From NCBI GenBank assembly GCA_043228905.1, contig JBHGNT010000014.1:12462001-12526000 (forward strand): a DNA stretch of 64,000 bases. The letters run 5' to 3'. Source of the DNA: Azolla caroliniana (lineage: Eukaryota; Plantae; Polypodiophyta). Numbering within the stretch: the stretch's first letter is position 1; each line of letters starts with the position of its first letter. Shown piece after piece: positions 35,601 to 49,500 of the stretch. A program made the position numbers and the translations under genes. The notes below the pieces were generated by a model. It was not told where the DNA came from. It ran no database searches and worked only from the letters and a program-made list of their open reading frames with translations.

Positions 35601-38311
35601 AAACACAACGTCGCGGCTGACACGCGCTTGTTTGGTGCGAGGGTTATAGCACTTATAACCCTTCTACTCGTCCGAGTAACCGACCAAGATGCATTTCTCG
35701 GCCTTTGCGTCCAGCTTCCTCCTTTTCTCCTTCGGTATATGCACATATGCAATGCTACCGAACACCCTCAAGTGTCGCAAGTTCGGCTTCGTTCCGAAAT
35801 ATAGCTCGTGCGCCGACACTTTGTCTCCGATCCGGTTCTGGATGTATACCGCGGTCCTTACCGCCTCAGCCCAGTAGAACTTGGGCAAGCTCTTCTCTTC
35901 CAGCATTGCCCGTGCCGCTTCCACAACTGACCGATTCTTTCTCTCGGCCACGCCGTTCTGCTCCGGCGTGTATCTACAACTGAATTCGCGGCGAATTCCC
36001 ATTTGTTGTAGATAACCGTTGAATTGACCGGAAAAGTACTCTTTTCCGCCATCCGACCACAGGCACTTGATCTTTCGTCCTGTTTCCGTTTCCACGAACC
36101 CTTTGAGGTCCCGGAAACAGTCGAAGACTTCGCTCTTCCTCTCAATGAGGTAGATCCACATGTGCCACGTGTGGTCGTCGATGAAGGAGACGAAATATCG
36201 GCTCCCGCCAAGACTAACGTTTTGTGCCGGCTCCCATACATCGGAGTGTATAAGGTCAAGCTTATTCCGTCTCCAGTTTTGCTCGTTGGGGAAAGGAAAT
36301 CAGTGTTGCTTCCCGAGCTGGCAAGCTTCACAAATTTGTGCCTTTCAGCCACTAAATTTGGGCAATCCGAACACTACTTGTTTCGATTGCAGATCTTGAA
36401 GCCGCTGGTAGTTGACGTGGCCTATCCGCTTGTGCCACAAGTCGACGTCCGACTCGGTTTTTCTTCCCTTCGCGAACATTGCGGTGCTGCCGTCAGTGGA
36501 GTCGAGGATGAACATCCTCCCGTCTCTGCGCCCTTGCGCAATCACACGGCCTTCTTCCTCAATGAAGTACCCGAGGTGTGTAAACCGAACCTCCATCCCT
36601 TGGTTGACGATCTGTCCGATCGAGACCAAGTTCTTCGTGATTGTCAGAACGTGCAGCACGTTCATGAGTTTCCCTTTCTGCCCGTCATGGCTAAGGGGAA
36701 CTTCTCCGACATTCGCGATCAGATGCGGAGTGTCGTCTCCTGTTGCGACTACTCCAGGTTGTATCGGTTTTTCAAGGTACGAGAACCACTCCTTATGGCT
36801 CGTCATGTGGTTTGACGCGCCGGAGTCTACGTACCACACCTCGTCCGATCTCGGGGTGGTCTGTTTCATTGAGTTTGCTTCGTGTCTCGTCACGAAGGCA
36901 GACCCTTCTCCGGCTCTCCCGGAGTCTTCGGCGTAGTGCGATCACTGCCGATTTCCCTTGTCGGTATGTCTGGAGCCATTCCCGGAACCAGTTCTCTCCG
37001 AATCGGCGCGCTTCTTCCAGCACTCACTTTCCCTGTGGCCTTTCTTGCCACAGTACCAGCACTCCACGATGGCCTTCCCTTGCCGGTTCTCATCACTTCG
37101 ACTCCCCCTGTTTCCGAAGGGTCCGGAGTTGCTGTCGGCATCACTTCGGTGCCTTCTTCCCTGATCTCGTCGGCCGCCTCCATTGCGCGCCGACTCGCCT
37201 CGTCTTCCAAGTCCACGGGGCCTATCTCCCTCCATGTACAGCATTCTACTGTCGGCGTGCGTGCTTGTAGACACACCCGCGTGGTTCTCCTCTACCAGGA
37301 GCATTGACTGTAAGTCAAAAAAGGACGGCTTATTCTCCCGAGTACACACAGCCGTTCGGAACGCTCCGAACTTCGACGCCAAACCTCCGAGACAGATCTG
37401 GACCATCTTGCTCTCCTCGATGTTCACCTCTATGGAGGCGAGGGAGTCATAGATATCCTTGATCTTCGAGGTATAGTCCGCCACCGACAAGTCGCGTTGT
37501 CATAGGTTGCTCAACTCCTGTCGGAGCTGAAGCTTCCTGGCTGTGGTGCTCGCGGCGAAAATCTTCTTCAGATTTTCCCACGCACCCTTCGGCATCTTTG
37601 CATCCCGAACATAGCTCAATAGCTGTTCGCCCACACACGACACGAAGCAGTATAATACCCTGCTCGCCGATTGCTCCCACGACGGGAAGTCTCTGTGTGT
37701 CGATTCGGGTGCCGCGTCATTAGCTCCTTCGACATAACTCCAGTAGTCGTGCCCAAGCAGGTACTGGTGCATCTTGTAGGACCAAGACGCATAGTTGGTT
37801 CTGTCGAGCTTCTCTGTTGGAAGCGAGCTCGCCATGCCTCTATCCATCGTTCTTCTTGTTCTTCTTTGTCAAGTTGTGTCGGCTGCAGAGAGGTTCTCAA
37901 CCCTCGCGCTCTAATACCATGTAAAAAGTAGCGTGCAGAAGCAAGTATGAAGACCGAACAAAAGGAAGGAAACTCAGGTTTAATGGAGAGCTTGAGCTTA
38001 CACGGTATACGTGGGAGAGACAGAGAGAGTGAGAAAAAACACAAGAACTATCTTCAACAATAATACTCAGTCTGTACATAAGACGTGCTCAGTGAACACT
38101 TTTATACAAGTCCTAGAAGGACTGACCGAAGTACTGACAGTACTTCAATGCTCATCAAGAGCTCCTACACTAACTCCCAAATATATTCCTCACGGAATAT
38201 CTTTCCTAACGACCTCCCGGTTTACGCACTCGGCCTAACCGATCGGTCCCAACCGATCCGGTCCTCAGCTTCTTCAGCCGATCCAGCCGATGTTGAGCTT
38301 GTCTCTCAACA
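32672..38311 (-). mobile_element. Ty1/copia element D, full-length (5.6 kb), inserted in copia C integrase
   Basis: 392-bp LTRs 32672-33063 and 37920-38311 (about 9 transitions seen); CTGTT TSD; PBS TGGTATTAGAGC; PPT AGGGGGAG. Confidence 0.96.
33058..37847 (-). pseudogene. Copia D gag-pol (Gag, PR, INT, RT YVDD, RH) with scattered stops and a long C-terminal extension
   Basis: ORFs 37500-37847, 36942-37490, 36345-36893, 35664-36161, 33873-35606, 33556-33876 and 33058-33315. Confidence 0.92.
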
Positions 38312-40220
38312 CTGTTGAATCGGCCGGAAAAGTATTCTTTCCCGCCATCCAACCGCAGGCATTTGATCTTCCTCCCCGATTCCCGTTCCACCATGCTTTG
38401 GAGACTCCGGAAACACTCGAAGACTTCACTCTTACGCTCAATGAAGTAGATCCATGTGTGCCACGTATAGTCGTCGATGAAGGAGACGAAATATCGACTC
38501 CCGCCAAGACTAACGCTCTATGTCAGTCCCCACACATCCGAATGGATTAGGTCGAGCTTGTTACGACTCCGGTTACGTTCGGTAGGGAATGGAAGCCGGT
38601 GTTGCTTCCCGAGTTGGCAGGCTTCACATACTTGGGCCTTCCGACCGCTGAACTTCGGCAAACTGAAAACAACTTGTTTCGTTTGCAAGTCTTGAAACCT
38701 CCGGTAATTGACATGGCCTATCCGCTTGTGCCACAGGTTGATCTCCGATTCGACCTTCTGTCCTTTTGCAAACAGAGCGATGCCGATGTTATTGGTGTCG
38801 AGGATAAACATCATCCCGTCTCTGCGCCCTTGCGCAATAATCTGGCCCTCTTCCTCGATGAAGCACCCGAGGTGCGTAAACCGCACCTGTATCCCCTGGT
38901 TGACGATCTGTCCAACCGACACCAGGTTCTTCGTGATTGTCGAAACGTGTAATACGTTCATCAGCTTCTCCTTCTGTCCAACGTGGTTCAAAGGGACTTC
39001 TCTGACGTGCACGATTGGGTGAGGAGTGTCGTCTCTGGTTTCGACTACTCCTGGTTGATCCAGTTTTTCCAAAAAGGAGAACCACTCTTTGTGGCTCGTC
39101 ATGTGGTTCGACGCACCGGAGTCAACATACCAGACTTCCTCCAATTTGGAAGTGGTCTTCTTCATCGAGTTCGCCTCGTGCTTCATCACCAAGGCTGGCC
39201 GGTTACCGTTCTTGGATCCTCCCGATCCCTTCGCGTAGTGCGAGCTTTTTCGGCCATCCTTGTCGGCCTTGCCGGATCCGGATTTGTCCGTATCGGCACG
39301 TTTTCTCCAGCACTCGCTTTCTCTGTGGCCCTTTTTGCCACAGTACCAGCATTCCGTTGCAGACTTCTCTTGCCGTCTTCCGGTGTCGCCATGACTCCCC
39401 CTGCCTGTGGAAGTCCCGGAACTGCTGTCGGCACGTTCTCTATGCCTTCGTTCTTGCTCTTGCCGGCCGCCTCCATTGCGTGCCGACCCGCCTCATCCAC
39501 CACACCCACGGGACCGATTCGCCTCCGTGTACAGCATCCGGTTGTCAGTGGGTGCGCTAGTTGATGCACCAGCGGGGTTCTCCTCTACAAGGAGCATCGA
39601 CTGTAAGTCGAAAAATGACGGCGTATTCTCCCTTGTACACACCGCCATTCGGAACGCTCTGAACTTCGACGCCAGGCCCCCAAGACAAAATTGTACCATC
39701 TTGTCTTCCTCTACGGTAACGTTGATAGAGGCAAGCGAGTCACAGATCTCTTTGATCCGGGCCGTGTAATCCGCCACCGACATGTCCTTCTGTCGGACAT
39801 TGCTCAACTCTTGTCGGAGTTGCAGCTTCCGGGTTGTTGTGCTCGCGGCGAACACCTTCTTCAGGTTCCCCCAAGCCTCCTTCGGCGTCGTGGCGTCTCG
39901 AATGTGTCTCAGTCGCTGGTCTCCGACACTGGACGCGAAGCAGTACATCACTCTGCTTGTCGATGGTTCCCACACTAGGAAGTCCTTATGTGCCGCACCA
40001 GGTGTTGTTTCGTTGGCTCCTGCGACGAAACTCCAGTAGCCATGCCCAAGCAAGTATTGGTGCATCTTATACGACCAAGATGCATAGTTGGATCTGTCGA
40101 GTTTCTCCACAGGGAGCGAGCTAGCCATCCCTCTGTCTATTGTTTTACGACCTGTTAGGGTTTGCTTTCAGGCATTTGTCAGCTGCAGAGGAGGTTCTCA
40201 ACCCTCACGCTCTGATACCA

Positions 40221-40620
40221 TGTAAACGTTTACTTGCGGAAGCGTTAGAAAACAGAGAAAAGTAGGGAATTCACAGACTACGCGGGAGAGACAGAGAGAG
40301 CAGAACGTAAAAGCTATATTCAAAAACGATATAATTACTCTGTCATTACAACTGTGCTCAGTAGCACTATTTATACAAGTCCTCGTGGGATTGACAGAAG
40401 TACCGCGTACTTCAATGCTCACACGAACATCTGACACTTACTACGAGACTAGAATTGCCTAGTAGTCTAAACTAATACCAGGCTTCCGGTTACCAATTGG
40501 ATCCGGCTAACCGGCTCCCTAGCTCACCGTCTCTGTTGTTTGCCGGCTTACCGATCCATCTCGCTTGTCGGCTCAGGCTTATTCAGCCGATCCGGCTCCA
40601 GTTGAGCTTGCCGCTCAACA
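40221..40620 (-). repeat. Copia C 5' LTR
   Basis: Repeat of 21307-21706, followed by the TSD CCTGA. Confidence 0.95.
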
Positions 40621-40901
40621 CCTGAGCAGCAGTTTCTTGGCCGTTGTGCTAGCAGCAAAAATCCTCTTGAGATTCGCCCACACGTCCTTTGACGTCTTAA
40701 CATCCAGAATGTAGCTCAAGAGCTGGTCGCTCACACAGGATGCGAAATAGTTATGAACTCTGCTTGCTGCTTGTTCCCAAGCCAAAACATCTCTATGTGT
40801 CGATTCGGGCGCTATATCATTAGCTCCTTCGACATAACTCCAATAACCATGACCAAGTAGGTACTGGTGCATCTTGTATGACCAAGATGCGTAGTTGCTC
40901 C

Positions 40902-42400
40902 AGAGGCAACGACCTCTTCCTCTCTCTCTCTCTCTGTACACTGTTACGCGCTCTCTAGTCTTACACCAACAAGAATGACAACAACACCACACTAAGTTTT
41001 CCCTAAGTCATATTTATACTAATATGACTTTTCGGCTATTTACAAATATAGCCCCGATGGACTCTCAGAAACATATTTACGAATATGTCCCTTCATCCGG
41101 TGAGCACTTCTCACCGGGCCTTCACCATCCGGCTCTTGCCAGGTACTACTCATCTTGTTCTCACCGGGTCTTCCGTAGTCGGGTACTCTTCATCCGGTTC
41201 TCACCGGGTCTTCACCATCCGGCTCTTGCCGGGTACTACTCATCCGGTTCTCACCGGGTCTTCCGTTGCCGGGTACTCCACATCCGGTAACGAGCAAAGG
41301 AAGGCGGAAGAATGAAAAAGGGCGGCCACCGACAGCGACTCCGGGGAGCACACAAACAGAATGACTGCAGCACCCGGAAGAAGAAATCTCGGAGGTCACC
41401 ATGGCGCCAAACCCACCCATGGATGCACACCTAGATTCCATTGACGTAACGACGGTAGATATGGCTGAAAGCCCTATGCAAGAAACGTCGCATGAAGAGC
41501 TGATACGAAAAGTTGCACACATGGAAGAAGGGTTGCAAGCAGAACAAACTAGAAAAAACACCAACTGCCGAACTAGCAAGAGAAGGCCCGCAGGATGAAC
41601 AAATGCAAGAGGCTAAACTAGAGTCGACAAAACCCACCGACCCCTCGAACCTAAGACAACAGAGCCTACCAGCCCCCTCGAATCCGTGCCTACAACGCAG
41701 ACCATGACACCCCCCAGAGCACCCACCGTAGTACTCGTGGAGATGGACCATCCGGAGCCGAACATCCTAGACATCTTTGACGACTGATGAAGGTCTTATG
41801 TGGGTTCGATCGTACAAGCACTGTCCCACAAGCGTGCCATGTGTTAGTCACCTTGGACAGCCAAGTGAGAAAGGTCGAAAAGGAGAAAAGACAAAGGGAC
41901 GGTTACGGCAAGCAAAGAAGACGGATGGGGTTGTAACATAATGAAGAGGGAGTGTAACAACCGTTGCGTAGGGACATCCAAAGCGTAATTAATATTTTTA
42001 AGAAAAAATAACAGTTCACATGCGGAGCATAACCAACCATGGCCTGGTATATAAAGGGCATGGACACTTGTAATATTGAGCGATAATTTTGTATTCAAAA
42101 TCTGCAATATAGTTTCTGATTGCCTAACTCTCTGTGTTATCGTAACTCTTCATACCTATTTCGTGTTGAGTTCATTTTCTATGTTGAGTCATATACTCTA
42201 TGTAAGCTATTGCGTAAGAATTCAGTTGTAGCCCTCTTCCTAACCTCCACAATCTCCACGATTAAGTTAACACTTACGAGCTCAATGCATAATCACTAGT
42301 ATCACGTTTATGACGTACTCTCCATTCCTGAACCACAATAACCTTGAGTCGAATCCCAAAGGATTGAGGATTCAACATCGTGTCACCTTAACTGGTAACA
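40902..42400. mobile_element. Truncated element X2 related to X1 (LTR 41842-42400, split tRNA-Arg-like site 41799-41839, decayed plus-strand ORF about 41401-41787)
   Basis: Interrupts copia B gag between KKFN and SNY; TGTTA...TAACA; same ORF-end/tRNA-like/LTR order as 2.7-3.2 kb; no left TSD (deletion). Confidence 0.7.
41108..41287. repeat. 2 x 90-bp tandem repeat built from CATCCGG/CCGGGT subunits
   Basis: 30-codon periodicity visible in ORF 41024-41290. Confidence 0.8.
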
Positions 42401-42543
42401 TTGAACTTCTTTCTCGGAAGCGCACCACCCATTCCTCTTTCCATTTTCTTCTTGTTGTTTATTCTTTTCTAGGGATTAGGGTTTGTCTGTGTTGGAACAC
42501 TTGTCGGCAACAGAAGATTCTCAACCCTCGCACTCTAATACCA

Positions 42544-42993
42544 TGTAAAGATTTAAGTGCAAAAGTTAAGACAGAACACAACTGGCTCAGCCGAACAGCA
42601 ACAAAGATAACACAGAGAAACAATGGAGATACACAGAACTCAGGAGAGATAGAGTGAGAGTAGAAGACTCAAAATCTCAATTCAAAAATAATATGCTCTG
42701 TACATACAAGTGTGCTCAGAGAGCACTTTTATACAAGTCCTAGCAGTGGGCTGACACAAGTACTATCAGTATTTTAATGCTCATAAAGAGTGTACGACAC
42801 TAACTCCCTAAAATATTCCTAATACTAAGACTAGGAATATAGGCTCCAACGGCCTATCAGCATTTTCCTAGGTTGCCCTAGCTGTCAACTTATTCAGCCG
42901 ACTTCCCTTATCCGCGTCAACTGTCGGCTTCTTTAGCCGACCGGCCTATTGGCCTTTAGCCAATCCGGCTCATGTTGAGCTTGTCTCTCAACA
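42544..42993 (-). repeat. Copia B 5' LTR (450 bp)
   Basis: TGTAAA...TCAACA next to the PBS; shares motifs with the C and D LTRs. Confidence 0.88.
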
Positions 42994-43547
42994 AAACCTA
43001 TATGTGTTGTATCCCAATGGAATGGTGCAAAAGAAGTGTGTACTTGATCCCAATCTTTGTCTTCTTAAGGCTTAATCTTATGAGAACCCATCAGTTGAGA
43101 CTCTCCATATGAATTCTATTACAGGCAAGACCATAATTTATCCCATGGTAAGTTGTACCTAGTATTCTACACACGAGGATACTTTGAGGGTTAATCAAGA
43201 GTGTAAATAAGGGAGGATTACTTTTAATCCTAGGAATTGAGACAACCCATAAGGGCAAAGTGCGAACTTGCTTGGGGGCCTTCAGTCTGGCTATAAATAT
43301 GAGGCCTACCTACCCTCATTAGTCACTTTATTCGACTACGTCGAGATTGTGACCTTGTGGTGAACAAACTCTTGTAGCGAGTGTGCTAGCATGTACGACT
43401 CGATGCCATGATGGTGGTATGGGATGCCAATCAAGGCTCGAGTTCTTCTCGATCCCTTCGCTCGGGGGTGATCAACTGGATCGACACCCTTCTTTCTCTA
43501 TGTTTCTCTTATCTGCCTATCATTTATTTCCTTATTTAGTGCTTACA
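42994..43547 (+). repeat. Possible old LTR fragment
   Basis: GGCTATAAAT at about 43289, LTR-like composition, ends ...GCTTACA; no partner in the window. Confidence 0.3.
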
Positions 43548-44001
43548 TTACGAATAATCTCTATAGCACAAAATGGCAAATTGGAAAGCCAACCATGTTC
43601 GAATACTTGCCACCACCTTGCATTTGACTTACATACATTCCACACCTTTTTTGCTTGAGGCAATAACCAAGACAAGAATGTCATTCAATGATGATATATT
43701 ATATTTGTGTTGACATGTAACAAGTGTGTACCATACTTTAACCAACAATAAGCCCAAGGAGCACCATTTGCTTTCATTGGCAAATATCAATAATGGTATT
43801 ATCTTGTGATTTTTCTTAATAAATACATAATTTGGGGGATACATAACCATTGTTTAGAATCTTCAAACTTTGACAACCTTTGAGATTCAAGAGCAACCAC
43901 ATCCCCTATTCTACAACCTCCAATCGAAGCTAGCAATTGAACTGAGAATTCAACTTATCTTTTCCAAGCTAATTGAATAATGGAGAAGAAACTAGCAAAT
44001 C

Positions 44002-44004
<3 letters not shown>

Positions 44005-44069
<65 letters not shown>
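44005..44069. repeat. (CT)n microsatellite
   Basis: Perfect dinucleotide run. Confidence 0.95.
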
Positions 44070-44071
<2 letters not shown>

Positions 44072-45676
44072 AAGAACATTGGTAGTGGTGTCTTTGAGCT
44101 CACTTTATCCTATCTATTTGTCTATCTTATCTCTTATTCTTTCTCCCTCACTTTCATAATTATAACTTTCTGGTCTATGTTCAAAGCTCAACATAGCCAC
44201 CATAAATTGTTAATCCGATGAATGAATAGTGTGTGAATTTCACAATATGTGCATTCAAAATCTGCCACATACATATATAAACATTTTTCCTTAGGCCTTA
44301 GTTATTTACATGTGTACATTCACAAGAGATATGTCTATTTCATGTAAGGCTAACTTGACCAATAAAAAGATGCTTAAGGTTTTCATTTTCTTCCTTTAAT
44401 TTTGATAACTAACGAGAAGGGAAACATGTCATCCACAATTAGCCCTAGAGAGTGAAACATTTGTGTACTGACGTGCATGCTTTAAGAGAATGTAACAACA
44501 AGAAAAACGTCTCTTTATGCATCGAAATATGGGACCAGAAAGAAGACATGAAGGGAACATTGCTTTTTGACAAAAGGTGAAGAGTAGTTGTAGTTCACAC
44601 ATACTTGGACTTCGTAAGCTTAGACAATTTCCCTCCATGTCATGATAACTTGAGTACAATTTAGGACCCAATAATGTCAAAGATTGTGCACTTTGAGGAC
44701 GCCATTTAAGGAGTGGTCCCTTTACCCTAAATACATACATGGGTACAAGTAACCTTACTGTTCATAACTAGTTAATGTAAAATAATCAAGGATATCTTTC
44801 TCCTTTTCTCTTACGGTGACTAGCACAAAAACATGGTGTTAAATTTCGGATTGCACAAATTATATTTGGTTCCATGTTGTCATGAAAAAAAAAATAGCTT
44901 GTTTCTCTCCATGAATTCTATCTTATTGGGGCAACACATTTTCTCTTACACATAGTTTGAAAGGATCCTCATTCACTTATAACAAGGAGAAGAAGAAGCA
45001 ATCCTTTTCTTGCTTCAAAGCCAACCAACGAACAATATTGACATGTGTTATTGAGAAAATGTTGTTGGCAAAAGGAGCATTAAGTGTATTGACTTCTTGA
45101 AAGAGGCTAGTGTGTGTCTGAAATGGTATATAGATTGAAGATATACATATCGAAGCCGAAAAAAGATGAGAAAGGGATGATTCCATCAGAAATTGTATAG
45201 AGTCAATACAACCCTTCTTCTAGATGTGAATATATCCCACAAGATCCCCCACAAAAAATAAGAAAAATCATCCCCATCTTCCCAATGGATATTATAGGGA
45301 AATAAATACAACGAGAATAAATAATAAGCAAATATACTACTAGCAAGCAAACAGTACATGTGATATTGTGATAAAAAGAGCAAATGGCAAGATACTATGA
45401 ACCTTTATAATATTAATGTTGTTATATGATAGACATGATGACAATTTCTTAATATGTATGTATATATATATATATATTAGAGATAGATCATGATGAAATA
45501 ACACACGCATCTATATACATAGGGAGAGAGAGGTCACATCAAAAGAGTGAAGAAAAGGTCAGAGAGAGAAAGGCCATGCAACGTCGTTTGTGGCCTCATC
45601 ACAAGAACGAATCTTCAGGTCCCATCATTTCTTCTTTCCTTGCAAGATGGCATCATTATCCATGGTCTTAACACAC

Positions 45677-45678
<2 letters not shown>

Positions 45679-45757
<79 letters not shown>
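45679..45757. repeat. (TG)n microsatellite
   Basis: Perfect dinucleotide run. Confidence 0.95.
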
Positions 45758-45758
<1 letters not shown>

Positions 45759-46185
45759 GGAACTAGAGATCCTTCTCATAGGTGTGTACAGTTCAAGACT
45801 TTTTCGACAAATCATATTTTGTCATTGCCACCCATCCTCCCCTATTGGATGCCTACACTTTATGCTATTTTTCTTGTTGTGCACATGCCACATTTTCGAT
45901 TTATAATATGTCTTGTTTTTATAGGTAGGGCTAAGCGGGGCAAGGTGGGGTGGGGTGGGGTGGGATAGGGATGCTTTCTTTTTGTATAAAGCTTTTGCTA
46001 ACCACTTCTTCTAAGGTGGGACTCCCTAGTATAAGATTTTTAAAAAGGAGCGAGTATGAGCACTAAATATATATTGGTGTTTGTGTATAAGGGAGATTTC
46101 TAGATTTAATTTAAAGGCATGTTTCCATAAATGCTTAAATATATCGGTATATGACAAAGACATGAAGTCGAGAAAGTGAAAGATG

Positions 46186-46187
<2 letters not shown>

Positions 46188-46265
<78 letters not shown>

Positions 46266-46266
46266 T
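46188..46266. repeat. Compound (GT)n(AG)n microsatellite
   Basis: Visible run. Confidence 0.95.
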
Positions 46267-46516
46267 TTATAGCTTGGTTTGCATGCATAAATGTATCGAA
46301 ATACAACAAATACATGAACTCCGAGAAAGAGAAAGATGTATTGAATATGTGCAAGTGTGTGTGAACAAGAGTAGAGAGCCCTTCACATCAACAATATCTA
46401 GCATGGTGGAAATGATTCCCAACATGTGTAGTAAATGTATCAATAAATGAAAGAGACATGAATTCACATACATTCATATACATATACATATGCATACATA
46501 CATACATATATATGAA

Positions 46517-46561
46517 GAGAGAGAGAGAGAGAGGGGGGGGGGGGGGGGGGGAGGGGGGGGG
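46517..46561. repeat. (AG)n plus poly-G tract
   Basis: Visible run. Confidence 0.85.
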
Positions 46562-49500
46562 TTAGGTTGTCCTTTGATTTATCTCTCATACCATCCTCCA
46601 ATTGTACTTGTGTGCTTTTAAAAGTTTTTACATGTTTGGAAAAAAGATAGGACTCTTTTAAGCTTTTGGGACACAAGTAAAAAGGGAGTTGGGGGAGAGG
46701 GAGAGCAATGCATCATCTCTCTTGGTACTCCTACTTCTCATTTATCTATAGTTTTTATCTTTCCAATTTGCCAATCCCGAGATCAACCCAACCCACACCT
46801 ATGAAGGAAGGACAATGTCTAGTGCAATGTCCCCCCATCCCACCTTTTCCCAAATCATCACCTCCCTAACTCAAACCTTATCATCACCCACAAGTCTTTC
46901 GTGCTACAAGAGGAACATCTCTTGTAGACAGTCGTATAACTTGAACATCTCACGATCTTGTTCTCGTTTCAATTGATGAGGAGAACTTAAGTTTGTTAAC
47001 AACATGTGGGAGCACAAGAAAAAAAAAGTGAATCTACAATATTTCTAACTTAGGATTTTGATGTGCATTCTTAAATAGACATCCATCTAAGACGTTTTTT
47101 TATGGATAAATTGATATGACATCAAAGACTTCTAGACATCTTTAAGTCGATCACTTAACGGTGATCCTCTTGAATATAAGGCTTGACATTGACTAGAGAT
47201 AAGTATTAAGTATGCTTTTGTTATGATTTTTATAGTTCACTTATGTTAAAGATGCATTAATTTGAGTAAGGTTCTCAATCACACAAATAGATGCATGGTT
47301 CCCACCATTCTCTTCATATTAAATTAGATCTTCAAGAATTTACCCATAACTTTATAATATTTATGCCATGTACATTCGAAGAGAATGTAATGATATGCAG
47401 ATTATTCAAGGACAGAAAGTTGAATGGATGTTTACCAAGCGTTTTCAATAGATTTTTTACTCATGATTTGTGACAAACCCTATAAAAATGAACTCATCCT
47501 AGAACATTTGGCATACAAAATACGTAGTTTGATACCATATCAATGTCATCCTCTCATATTATTTTTGATGCATATCACAAATTTGCAAGGAAATTATAAT
47601 ATCGATCTAAAGGGGGTGAATATATGATAAAAAGTTTCACCCACCCCACCCACCCTCCTTTTGTGTTTGTTTTACTACACCTAAGGAAGTGTGAACACAT
47701 TGAAAAACCATAATTAAAGAAAGAATACCCAATTCTTTAGACAATGAATTTCAAAACGACACATGGAAAAGAATAGAGCATATTTTTATTTTTTGTAGAT
47801 TTTCACAGAGCTCGTGAATGTGTTGAAAGTAGTGGGTGCATTGTTCTATTACACTAGCATCGTTTAGCCCAGCATTCACGTGAGTCATATTCTGGATTCA
47901 CAAAATACACGTTAAAACCAACTATTAATATAGTATCCCCATAAAATTTGCTTAATGCTAATGTTGGTTTGTTTGCATCACTTTCAAGTCTACAATTTAT
48001 AGCCTATGAGATGTTGTAGAATCCTATATCAAGCACTACTTCTAAGCTCATAAATCTCAACTCAAGTTTGCACGACACTCATGGAATCTAAGAGACAAAG
48101 CATGTGTCAAACGAGGACAGTCCTCAATTTCGTCATTCTTTAATGAACCCATACTGTCATTTCTTCCTTTCCATGACTTGAATTAATCAAAGTATGGATT
48201 GCCAACTTTTAAAAAGTGGATCCTCTTACATAAAACCCTCAAACTTCCTTTCATCATATTCTAATCTAAAATGTGAGATTTTTGTAGCATTAAGATGTAC
48301 ATGTAGTATCATCAAACATGGGACCTAGTGAGAGTCTCTCAATTACGCACTCTTTAAGAGTAGCGACCTTTATCCCACCCTAAATAAGTTTGCTTTTCCA
48401 TGTAGCAAACATTAAAAAGCTCACACATGATTATAAACGATCTATAGCGCATTTGAGGATTTCAATCATACGAAGAACACCAGAATCACCTTTGGAACCT
48501 ATATAATTAAGTATAAAGCACTTACACTCTTTCAACTCATAAATTTTCACCATGAATAGTACTATGCATAATGTAAATAATATTGCTTAAAAGGTTGTCT
48601 TTACATTCATGGAAATACATATGTAGAGAGGCATCGTATTTATGAAACGGTAGAGTGGTTTATTTTTTGTGTTCATGTGAAATAAAAGGCTGAAATCATC
48701 GCAATATCCTCACCACCATGGATGAGTATGACCACAAGTTTCTCATAGACCTTATATATGTTGGGTGCAATCACCATCAACATGAATTGTGTCTAATGAA
48801 GTATGCATACCTTGATCTATACATGATCTGGTTTTGTTAAGGACAATCACTATTTTTTGAGTGCATAGAAAGAAAATGATTTAATTGAGCACTGAATCAC
48901 CTTGCAAGATCTTTTAAAGTTTGCAGTTTTGCAATAAGAAAACTACTCTAATATTTGGTCATATCTTTAAAAACAACGATGGTAGTGCTCCTTTCCTTTC
49001 CAATTATCCTTTTTTAATTGTTCCATATTTTTTTTCTAGTGGTAAAAGTAAAAGCCATTTTTGTACTCTTTGCTTGGCTGATTTCCTTAGATTTTCCATT
49101 TCTCAAACAAGGATTCACCTTATTGCTAGCATGGGGTAAAGCTATATCAGGAAAATTCCATCAAGCCTTAAATTCACGATAATGAGTTTGTCGAGGTATA
49201 CTCGAATCGTTAACAACAACATTTACAAGTCTATGAAATATAAATCGATATAGAAAGAGTACCAAGTGAAATTCCTTTATCAAGCTCAACAATACCTTTT
49301 ACAGCACATATATTTATGCATAAATCCTAGTCCAACCTAGACTCCCGTGAGGTTAAATGAGGCACTAAGATCCCGAATTCAAAATAATGAAATGAGGGTT
49401 AAATGGAGGGTCACGGCTCAAAAATAATGAAATGGCCACATTTATACAAGAGGAATGGGCAACAAATCTTACATAAAAAGAGAGAATGAGGAGAGGATTA

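Larger units (their letters stand above)
21307..40620 (-). mobile_element. Ty1/copia element C, full-length, containing G3 and copia D
   Basis: 400-bp LTRs 21307-21706 and 40221-40620 (about 23 differences by eye); CCTGA TSD; PPT AGGGGGAG at 21707-21714; iMet PBS at 40209-40220. Confidence 0.95.
19612..42993 (-). mobile_element. Ty1/copia element B (outer shell; own sequence 19612-20602, 20981-21306, 40621-40901, 42401-42993)
   Basis: Gag/PR/INT fragments join across the insertions. PBS ends at 42543. 5' LTR 42544-42993. Confidence 0.85.

Noticed and set aside
40942-42400. Single solo LTR with TGTTAC...GTAACA ends
   Set aside because: Flanks differ (TACAC versus TTGAA), non-host sequence extends to 40902, and an internal PBS-like/LTR border at 41842 matches X1.
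43383-49139. Short ORFs in the AT-rich intergenic region, including poly-CV/HT/SL ORFs
   Set aside because: Microsatellite translations or random frames without coding features.
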